Source: Mytilus trossulus (lineage: Eukaryota). Taken from it: a stretch of DNA of 64,000 bases. The notes under the pieces were generated by a model. That model worked only from the letters and a program-made list of their open reading frames with translations, made no database searches and was not told the origin of the DNA. Shown one piece after another: positions 54,140 through 64,000 of this stretch. The position numbers and the translations under genes are program-made. Positions within the stretch are counted from its first letter, which is position 1. Every line of letters starts with the position of its first letter. The stretch is from assembly GCF_036588685.1 (NCBI RefSeq), contig NC_086378.1, forward strand, positions 1,364,001 through 1,428,000, in the 5' to 3' direction.

Positions 54140-54625
54140 ACCATAGATTAGCTGTATTTGGCAGAATTTTTGAGTCCTCAATGCTATTCAACTTTGTACT
54201 TTTATCTGAGCGTCAGTGATGAGTCTTGTGTAGCGAAACGCGCGTGCAGGAAAATTGGTACTGTTAATGTTATTACTAAAACTGAGTCGATGCCTCTGCA
54301 GGTGGACTGTTAGTCTCCCAGGGAAATCACCAGCCCAGTAGACAGTACTTCGGTGCTGGCATGAAAATATGGATTTTTTGTGTTATTAAAATTTGCTGTT
54401 ACAAAATGTTAGAAGTTATTATAAATTGAGGAATGTATCTCCCTCATGCAAAGCTATGATTCCTTCCACATATTTGGCTATATTTTTTTAACCTTCTGGA
54501 TAATAGCTCATCATCTTTTATATAAGCTTTGGATTTCAAATATTTTTGCTACAAGCATCACTGAAGAGACATGTATTGTTGAAATGCGCATCTGGTGTAG
54601 GAAAATTGGTACCGTTAATGTTATA
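54140..54625 (+). mobile_element. Retrozyme-like unit with one degenerate (54210-54246) and one variant (54555-54598) hammerhead, 345 nt apart
   Basis: Homology to the 6821-7332 family. Repeated aggaaaattggtac...gttaatgtta follows each hammerhead. Confidence 0.65.
54555..54598 (+). ncRNA. Variant minimal Type I hammerhead ribozyme
   Basis: GCAUCA-CUGAAGA-GACA uguau UGUU-GAAA-UGCGCA-UC-UGGUGU. Compensatory changes in all three stems relative to the 6875 motif. Confidence 0.75.
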
Positions 54626-55959
54626 GCGGATGTTTGTAAAAATAGTTTAAATATGTTCGTTATAATAGTAAGTTCGTCAATTTGTGTAATTTGAAGGAAT
54701 TTTACGATTTTGAAAAAGACATATTTGCTGTATACTTATCTAAATAAGAAAAGATCATAGATTATTTATTCGTAAAAGTTGAAACAAAAAAAACTCCAAA
54801 TATATTTAAGTCCCACTGGAACGCCTTCTGGCAGACTGGCCGTACAATTATTGATATCGATAGCCGATGACAAACAAAATGAAGTTAAATGATACAGTAT
54901 TATTATACCGGCATAAGTATTGAGGTTGTCCACACTGTTACGGAAATACCTCTATGTATCCTTCCTTGTATATATTGTTCTTGCAAAAGAAAATACGTCT
55001 ACAATTACAAAATCAAAAGCTCAAACATATCAAATGAATGGATACCTACTGTAAAATTCCTGACTTGGAACAGCTATATTCAGTTGCATCAAATTCTATT
55101 ATATTGACAACGATGTATGAACATTCAAACAGACATAAATACAATTATGTGCAGCATAAATGACTTTATTGTACACTGAAAGACTAAATGTTGACTGTAT
55201 TCAGTCTTGTGTTATTATATTTTGTAAATTTAAGAAATATGTAGAAAATGGTCCATATGTGATTATCTAACTTGAAACTCATTTTTATTTTGTAATTGAT
55301 AAGGGGGTGCTACTCCAAGCACATGTTTTAATATCCAGCTTCTTTTCCAAATAGCTGCCAAAGGAAGAACACACAGAAATTTTGACATTCAATTTTTATA
55401 AAATATTTCAATCCTCTCCCCTTCCTACCTTGAAAAGAGGTTACTTGATTGTTTAATTGAGTGAGGACAAACAGAGCAGTATATGGGGCGTTATCTGCTC
55501 CCAAAAGTTGAAATGTTGCACTATTATTCACAAATTTATAGTCAAGGGGAGATAACTCTAAATTGATGGACTTTTCAAAAATTCTATTTCAATAATTGAT
55601 GACATTTGTCTTTTAATTTATTACATAATATGCTCATTGATTCACACTGTAATAAAAGTATTGTATACTTAAATTCATAATTGGTACTTATAATTGTAGC
55701 GTATGCAAATTTTATACATGTATCTTTTGATATGATTGATTTTGAATCATAAACTGTCACATCTTTGGCCTACATCATCATAACATGTGTTAGTTGGTAT
55801 TTTGACTTTAGCGAACCAAAAAAGGTAAAAATATCAAAAATGGGGGTACAGCAGTCAACATTGTGTTATAATATTAATTACTATAAATACAAACAAATAT
55901 GAATCCCAACAACAAACTTATTATGACATGTGACATTCAGTCCTTGAAACACAACATAC

Positions 55960-56630
55960 AAAAATTAAACACGAACCAAACAAAAAACCTGAATGATTTC
56001 GGGTGCTTTTATGTTGGTAAAAAATAATTCATGTAAATTAAAACCCGATGATTAGAATAATTCGGTAGGTAAAATTCGAGGAAAAAATTATGAGTTTTAT
56101 GTTTCGACAATCAGAAAATATCCGTCGTCATCTATGAAACACATTCAGTAATGGTCAATCAATCAACTCGTAATTGCGTTGAAGGGATGATTTCAACTTT
56201 ACAAATTATAACGTTTGGTTTGAAAGTTTACCTGTAATCAGCAACCCTTTTGCATGGACATCATCATACAAAATGCAAGCTCTGACATATCATATCAACG
56301 GAGAGATAGTTACTCCTACGCTGACGATTCTAAATGTTGCTACATAGAAATGGAAGGTTACCGATTTGGAAGCTGAAACCATCTCTTTTGTCGCAAAAGT
56401 TTGTTCTCAACCACCCCTTGTTGTCATTTTTTTTTAGATATAAGTCAAGATATGAGAAAATCTTTACTATGTCTGTTGAATTCTTTATTTTATTTTCGGT
56501 GAGATAGATGTGTTTAATATGGTCACCCATCTGGTAATTACATTCAGTAAAATGAAATCTTATCTATAGCGGAACTATGAAGTCAAAGGATAATGATATA
56601 TTCTTTTCATTCTTCCTTAGAAGCCCATAT
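55960..56630 (-). mobile_element. Degenerate Penelope-like RT relic
   Basis: ORF 56330-56530 SYLDLYL...LRTNFCDKRDGFSFQIGNLPFLCSNI matches the same RT region as 59701. Confidence 0.65.
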
Positions 56631-56748
56631 CTTAAATATTGAACCACATTGCTAAGATTAACATTTTTAATCTTTTTAAAAAATAATTGATAGATTATAA
56701 ATTTAATATAGTATATAGTTATCATAGATACCAGGCTTATAATTTAAA

Positions 56749-56792
56749 ACGCCAGACGCGCGTTTCGTCTACATAAGACTCATCAGTGACGC
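56749..56792 (-). ncRNA. Minimal Type I hammerhead ribozyme (intact), in retrozyme fragment ~56720-56945
   Basis: Reverse complement reads GCGUCA-CUGAUGA-GUCU uaugu AGAC-GAAA-CGCGCG-UC-UGGCGU. Confidence 0.82.
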
Positions 56793-57106
56793 TTAGATCA
56801 AAATAGATATATAGCCAAACAAGTACAAGATGAAGAGCATTGAGGACTAAAATTTCCAACACGTTGTGTCAAATTCGGCTAAGGTATGCCTGGAATGAGA
56901 ACATCCTTAGTATTTCGAAAAATTCATACTATTGTAAACAGGAAGTATCTCATTCAAGAGTGGGTTAATGTTATCAATGATTTATTAAATCTATAAGCAG
57001 ACATGAGATACCACCATCAGCCTGTAATTTTATGATATTTATGAAGCGCTATCAGCAGATTGGTATACATTGATTTACATTACTTCCTTGTGCAGAAGGT
57101 GCTAAA

Positions 57107-58739
57107 ATGGCGACTTCTATTGACAATCATGTCGTTGACATAACTATGTGTGCAATTTGTCTAGAGAAACTTAACACTCCGAAGCATTTACCATGCTTGC
57201 ATACATTTTGTGAAAGTTGCCTACGGACATATATTACTGCTATATTCGAGAAAGAGCACAAACAAAGTATTGAATGTCCGGTTTGTAGGACTGAAGTTAT
57301 GGTACCGAACGAAATCAATGCATCTGAAGAATGGGCCAAACTTCTACCATTGAATTTCCTCATCGTTGGACTATTGGAAAAAGAAAGAGTCGAGAGCCCA
57401 CTAAAACAATGTATGGTATGTGAAAGAATGGAAATGAAATCGGAGGCAGGTTTTATTTGCGTTGATTGTTCTGATTTATTATGTCAAAACTGTAAAAAAA
57501 CACCACAAAGCCAGCAAAACCTCGTCTGATCACGAAATAAAACAAATTAATGAACTATCATCGGTTTTTGAGTGCTTGAAAACTTTTAAAAACCTTTGTT
57601 CTAAACATAAAGGAGAAGAGCTTAAATTATTTTGTGCCGACCATCAGACTCCATGTTGTTCGATGTGTGTATCATTCAATCATCGCCGATGTGAAAATGT
57701 TCTTTCCATAGAAGATGCTGCGAAGGAATATTCGACATCTGACGAAGTTAAAGATTTGAGAACCCAACTTAGCCAAGTTGATGATGCTGTCAAAGCAATC
57801 ATAAAAGACCGAGTATCTGCAAAGGGAAATATAGAGAAGGAATATGAACAAAAGAAAAAAGACCTTCAGATTATTTTTTGTGACCTTATTGCCAAGATAA
57901 ATGATATCAAAGTCAGACGAGAAGCAGAACTATTGAAAATTCACAATGAGGCAAAAGAAACAATAGACGCTTCTATAACTATCTTTCAAAATAAACAAAC
58001 AAATATAGAAAATGAAAAACAAATTCTAGATGCAGCCGTAAACATGGCATCCAATGTTCAAGTTATGATAGAAGTTGAAAAGTTGAAGAAACACATAGAA
58101 AAACATAAACAATTGATCCAAACCAAGGCTAAAGAGCATCTTGATTATGAATTTTCACTGAAGAATGTAGAAAATATTTCAAAATTAGCTGAACAAATGG
58201 AGAATGAGTGTCAGATTACATGTAAAAAGACAAACACATGTATTGAACTGAGCAGCATGACTGTAACGCCTACTTTCTCGGACATATTTAGAGTCTGTCG
58301 TTTTGACACAGTTTATAGTGGTTGGACAGTCGGTGGTGTAAAAAAAGACGCTATCTGTTTTTCGGTATCAAAGGAAATAGAACTATGCGGATTTCTATCG
58401 TATGTATGTAGTGATGGATCATCGACATGTGCCGTGACCGCTTCAGTTCAACACGAAAACAACGATCTAGTTGTAGTGACGAGCACAATAGAGAGTAAAT
58501 TGGGTGAAAATAAAATGGTTAGAACTGATTTTCCAACACCAGTTAAGCTTTTAGCCAATAAAAAGTACAATGTTGTTGTAGTGATGAAAGGTCAGTCATA
58601 TTGTTATGGGGACAATGGGAAACTTGTATTAGACATTAACGATGTTGTGTTTACGTTTGAAAATTCTCCGCTTAGTGAAAATAGCACAGACACGGGACGT
58701 GGCCAAATTCCTGGATTTTTATTTAGAATTCCTGTATAA
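57107..58739 (+). pseudogene. TRIM-PHR copy 2, full length but with a +1 frameshift in the A run at 57494-57500 (pseudogene or sequencing error)
   Basis: ORFs 57107-57529 and 57462-58739 join into a copy-1-like protein if one A is removed: TGT-A7-CAC here versus TGT-A6-CAC at 50996-51007. Confidence 0.8.
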
Positions 58740-59214
58740 ATCTGTTTATTGTTACAAATCGTTCACTTCCAAATTGTGATGTCATAAAAACATAAGTAAT
58801 AACTCTAGTAGGCTACCTTTTTGTTTATAAGAAATTAATGATGAGAGCCAAAAAATAAACATACCTCGAATAGTTTTATTTTTACCCTAATATTTAACAT
58901 TACTTCTTATTGTTTATTCAGAGTTTTGATAACAATATGTTTCCAAGGGATGTCTCAAAGGGAAACCTATACTTTTTGGTTATCAAAAGCACAAGTCGAA
59001 GACAGACAGACAGCTATAAACCAAAACAACTACACTCAATAGTGAACAATATGCTATTCGAAGGCTAGCGATCATAGATTACGTTTATAAAGTTCTGGCA
59101 AAAATATGGAGGCACCGATTTAACACAAAGTACAGCATCTTCAAAACCTTCTGACTTTTAAAATAAAGGCTTAATTCCTGTGTACAAAACTTAGATTTCT
59201 TTTCGAAAAAAACA

Positions 59215-59572
59215 TGTATTTTCTTATCCCAGAAATAGATTACCGAAGCCGTCTTTGGCATAACTTTTTTGTTATTTTGGGTCCTCAATGCTGTTCAACT
59301 TTGTACTTTGTTTGGCATTATAACTGTTTTGATCCGAGCGTCACCGATGATAATTCTGGTACATTTGATAGCTATTTACACCACTTGGTCGATGCCACTG
59401 CTTGTGGACGTTTCGTCCCCGAGGATATCACCAGCCCAGTAGTCCGCACTCCGTAGTTGACATGAATATCAATTATATGGTCATTTTTATAAATTTCCTG
59501 TTTAAAAAACTTTGATTTTTTTTGAAAAATCTAAGGATTTTCTTATCCCAGGAATAGATTACCGTAGCCGTA
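59215..59572 (+). mobile_element. Retrozyme-family monomer with deleted hammerhead
   Basis: Family body with terminal repeat ttcttatcccag..atagattaccg. Hammerhead truncated at gagcgtcaccgatga (~59336-59350). Confidence 0.65.
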
Positions 59573-59700
59573 TGACGACAAAAAAATCTATTTTTTTCAA
59601 ATACAGCTATGATAATCTATTGCTGAGGTAGATAAAGTATTTCAAAAATTCAAAGTTTATAAACAGTAAATATATTTTTGACAGCCGGGCATCTATTATA

Positions 59701-60316
59701 GACAAACTTTACGACAAAAGAGATGATTTCAGCTTTCCAATTGTGAACTTTCCATTTCTAAGTAGCACGATTCCAGCAGCACCTGCATACTGGGTATATA
59801 TCTCACAATTGATACGATATTCACGTGCTTGAATTTCTTATCATGATTTTCTTGATAGAGGGTTACTGCTCACAAGGGAGCTATTAAACCAAGAGTTCCA
59901 AATGGTGAAGATGAAATCATCCCTTCGTAAATTTTACGGACGCCATCACGAGTTGGTTGACCGTTAGGGAATAACCGTTTCACAAATGATATCGGATATG
60001 TTCCTTACGTCGTAACTATAATCCCCTTCACTTTCATGAATGTGACCCACCGAATTAGACTATTTATCGGATTCGTAATCACATAAGCAACATGACGGGT
60101 CCCACATGTGGAGCAGGATCTGCTTACCCTTCCGGAGTACCCGAGATCACCTCTAGTTTTTGGTGGGGTTTGGTTGTTTATTCTTTAGTTTTCTATGTTG
60201 TGTCATGTGTACTATTGTTTTTCTGTTTGTCTTTTTCAATTTTAGCCATGGCGTTGTCAGTTTGTTTTAGATTTATGAGTTTGACTGTCCCTTTGATATC
60301 TTTCGTCCCTCTTTTA
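59701..60316 (+). mobile_element. Penelope-like retroelement RT C-terminal relic plus 3' tail
   Basis: Translates DKLYDKRDDFSFPIVNFPFLSSTIPAAPAYWVYISQLIRYSRA*ISYHDFLDRGLLLTRELLNQEFQMVKMKSSLRKFYGRHHELVDR*, a PLE-type RT thumb with stops. Confidence 0.75.
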
Positions 60317-60769
60317 TAGGATTTTCAAAGTTCATTTTACGTCTTTCCCTTTTAATTAGATTTGATTATAAACGGATTGTCTTTAAACAAGTTGATAATG
60401 AAACAAATCACAAAAACGAACAATACTTAACCAGTGTAAAGATAAAATTTAATACGCATGCCGATATGCTGTTGAAAAGAAAAGTCGAAATCAGAATTTT
60501 TTTTCATACGTTGAAGTTAAAGATAAAACATATCTACAGCTTCAGTTTTGGTACGATTGACAACTTTTCATTTAAGTATTCACAATCAAATGTGTTTTAT
60601 GTGACAGTGACACACATTACACGATATAAGCAAATTTAACCGACAAAATGTTCAAATTCGAGATTATTATAGCTTTTCAAAAAAGACAATTTCCTCGCAC
60701 TGGTTCGACAAGGAGAAGAAATCAATGGTAACACTTTTGCTTATTCGTCTTTCATAGTTATCAGTGGAT

Positions 60770-62142
60770 CGTAGGCAATTTTTATTTGTGTTGATTGTTA
60801 TGATTTATTTTGTAGATCTATAAAAAAAAAAACCAACACCACAATACAGCGAGCAAAAACTCGTGTCATGACAAAAAATGACAAATCATTGCACTGAACA
60901 TAAACAATAAGAACTAAAATTATTTTGTGTCGACCACCAGACTCCATGTTGTTCGATGTGTGTATCAATCAATCATAGGCGATGCGTTCTTTCCATTTGA
61001 ATATATAAGTCTATATATATGTTCTTTTATATGTTATCTCATCTGAAATTTCGAAATTTTATGCATTTTTAATGCATTATTTTATTTTTATGTATATTAT
61101 TGTTTTTACTTCCATGTCACTTTTGTACTTGGATGGTTTTGTGAGAATAAACTATCTATCTATCATAGAAGATGCTGCGAAGGAATATGTGACAACTGAC
61201 AAAGTTAAAGATTTGAAACTCGGAATTGTGGATTAGGATGTAAAAGCAATCATAAAAGATCGAGCATCTACAAATGAAAATATAGAGAAGGAATATGAAC
61301 AAAAGAAAAAAGACCTTTAGATTATTTTCTGTGACCTTGTTGCCAAGATAAACGAGATCAAAATCAGACGAGAAGCAGAACTTTTGAAAACTTACAACGA
61401 GGCAAAAGAAACAATAGACACTTCTATAATTATCTTTCAAAAGAAACAGAAAAATATAGAAAATGAAAAACAAATTCTAGACGCAGCCGTAAACATGGCA
61501 TCCAATGTTCAAGTTATGAAAGAAGTTGGAAAGTTAAAGAAACACTTAGAAGGACATAAACAATTGATTCAAACCAAGGCTAAAGAGCATCTTGATTATG
61601 AACTATTACTGAAGAATGTAGAAAATGTAGAAACAAACGCATGTATTGTATTGAGCAGCATGACTGCAACGTCTACGTTATCAGAAATATTTAGCCTATG
61701 TCGTTTTGAAACAATTTATAGTGGTTGGGGAGTCGTTGGTGTATATAAAGATGATATTTGTTTTTCGGTATCAAAAGAAATAGAACTATGCGGATTTGTA
61801 TCGTAGGTATGTCGCGATGGATTATCGACCTGTGAAGTGACCGCTTACGTTAATGACGATGCAACAGATATGATTGGGGTGAAAGATACTATAGACAGTA
61901 AAGTAGCCGAAAATAAAATGGTTAAAATTGAATTTCCGACACCAGTAAAGCTATTAGCTAATAAAAAGTACCATGCTGTTGTAGTGATGAAAGGTCCAAC
62001 GTGTTATTATGGCGAAAGTGGATAAACTGTAGTAGACAGTAACGGTGTAGTGTTTACTTTTGACAATTCCCCATTCTTTGATAACGGAACATCTACCACA
62101 GTAGGTCAGATTCCTGGATTCTTATTAAGAATTCCTGTATAA
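60770..62142 (+). pseudogene. TRIM-PHR copy 3, decayed pseudogene (RING lost, stops, frameshifts, insertion)
   Basis: Homologous to copies 1 and 2 from B-box1 to ...GQIPGFLLRIPV*. In-frame TAG at 61318-61320 and 61804-61806, indels, and an AT-rich insertion at ~60997-61163. Confidence 0.88.
60997..61163 (+). mobile_element. 5'-truncated retroelement 3' end inserted into TRIM-PHR copy 3
   Basis: Interrupts ttctttccat|agaagat. Ends in AATAAA plus (CTAT)n tail, with cat repeated at both junctions. Confidence 0.5.
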
Positions 62143-63694
62143 TATTTTTACTGCTCCCAACAGCTAAGGGGACGGCCATTTTGTTTGTTTGGGGGGGGGG
62201 GGGGGACAGGAGGATTTTTATTTGGATCGGTTATTTATTTTTGTAAACTAAGAAGACATATTATCTATTTTCTGCACTATTGAAGCAAGATTTTTCATTT
62301 TAAGGAAAGCAACGGACTGATTATTTATTTTCACAACTATATTTAAAATATTCGAAAAACATACAATTTTTAAATTATGTGTTTATAAATTATAAATGAT
62401 ACATGTATAGTTACATCATCATGTACCATTTAATCAGAATAATCATCATCCTCTGCAGAAATGAATCTTCTATATTCCCACCTTGCATATACATGTATTG
62501 CTTCCTTACACTATATTAAAGATTAATTGTATCTAGCCTATTTTAAAAGTATTTACAAACATGGTATGCCGAGCGGAGCGAGGCAAATTGTTTTTTAAAG
62601 GGTTTTGGAGCCACTAAAGGCACAAGAAGCTTTAGAAGAAATAATGCAAATTCATGCTTTCTGGGTGTTCCCCAGACCCATTCTTATTTTTGTCTCAAAA
62701 CAAAATGTATACATTCAGTGTAAGACTTAAGTTTTTTGGAACAACATCAATAGACCAATATGCATGATAAAGCAAAAATGTAATTCACAATGACCATGAT
62801 GACATAGTTGAAGTCTGGGGCTTCTTTTTTAAAACTCATGATCAAGTTAAAAACAAAATTACTAAATTACAAAAGGAATGCAACCATAACAGAATACAGA
62901 AGGGCAATCAATGAACAAAAGACAAATAAACAAATAAATTTGATCCCGAAACAATCAGGGGCAATGTCTTAGGGAAAACAGAACTTGCTTTTTGCAAGCA
63001 CTTGACGTTAAAACAATTTGATATGGAGACAAGTGTTTGGTTATGTAATTTTCTATATGAGGCATTTGCCTCAGCGTAGTTACGGCCCTTTAATAAAAGT
63101 GAGGTTAGTGTTTCTGAGAAAACATACCTTGCTGTTAGACTATATCGACATATTTGTTGTATTTTCCTTTTAACTTCGTTTTGATGTTTAATAAAAATGC
63201 TCCGCAAGACTCAGCCACAGAGACAAAACCCAAAACACTCGCCAATAGCCCCTAAAATTTGGTGAGAGCTACTGAAATTACTGTTTCTCTTGTATAGAAC
63301 TGTATATACTGGCTACAAAATTTAAGCTGTGGGCTACCATGCTATTTTGTTTTAACTTCAACGCTTTGTTAAGGCTCAGGGTCTTAACCCCTACATTTAA
63401 TCATAAACTACTTGGTATGACACATTGTTGCACAATTTAATTTATGATCCATAGACTTGAACCCAAGTTATTGTTGGGAAACCAGATCTTCCTTGGTGTT
63501 TTTTACCCGCAGTTCCTTAATGTTGTATCCATCTCCCCTAAAATCAATCTTCATCTCTTTATTATGGTAATTTGTAGATAATTTCATATAGATCCACTCA
63601 GAAATTGTTATAGTCGTAAAATCATATTAACAAATCATAGATCAAAGTATTAGTCTTTTGTTGACATATTTTGGTGATAAACTAATCAGATAAA

Positions 63695-64000
63695 ACCTAT
63701 TCGCGTATTTTGTCTACAAAAGACTTATTAGTGACGCTCGAATCTAAAAAAGTTAAAAAGGCCAAAATAAAGTACGCAGTTTCAGAGCACAGAGGACCTA
63801 AAATCTAATAAGTTGGTCAATACAGCTGAGGTAATTTATTCCTGAGGTAAAAAAGCCTTAGTATTTAAATAATCCAAAGTTTTGTAAACAGTAAATAAAC
63901 TTTGATTTTTTTTTCAAAACAATAGCTTTTCTACCTCAAGAATAGATTATCTTAGCTGTATTTGGCAAAACCTTTAGGAATTGTTGGTCCTTAATGCTCT
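63695..64000. mobile_element. Degenerate retrozyme-family fragments (two, in inverted arrangement)
   Basis: Mutated hammerhead on the minus strand at ~63700-63740, family body to ~63895, then an opposite-orientation fragment to the window end. Confidence 0.55.

Noticed and set aside
59830-59832. TGA at a conserved Cys position (YSRA*) in the PLE RT, suggesting selenocysteine
   Set aside because: The other copies in the window (~2345-2352 and ~56274-56281, minus strand) have TGC, so this is an ordinary decay mutation.
62908-63620. Possible decayed coding sequence on the minus strand
   Set aside because: Short open stretches with stops and no family motif I can recognise.

Overview
AT-rich, repeat-dense animal genomic DNA. 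The repeat families and gene style suggest a bivalve mollusc, Mytilus-like; this is an inference. (1) A complete 9-exon non-receptor protein tyrosine phosphatase gene (PTPN1/PTPN2 = PTP1B/TC-PTP co-orthologue, 433 aa) lies on the minus strand at 32686-45975. I reconstructed it by hand with GT-AG junctions and consistent phases. (2) A divergently oriented tandem array of three intronless TRIM-type genes has the unusual architecture RING-Bbox1-Bbox2-coiled coil-PHR domain: one intact (50612-52258), one with a single +1 frameshift in an A run (57107-58739) and one decayed pseudogene (~60770-62142). (3) A dispersed family of ~350-370 bp repeats carries minimal Type I hammerhead ribozymes (retrozyme-like). 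It includes a unit bounded by two intact hammerheads 372 nt apart (6821-7332), a covarying hammerhead variant (54555-54598) and an opposite-strand hammerhead-like motif, often next to Penelope-like RT relics. (4) There are also many MITEs, Helentron-like non-autonomous elements, a LINE RT relic, two minisatellites and a perfect 35-bp-arm palindrome. I recognised no gene in the first ~30 kb.
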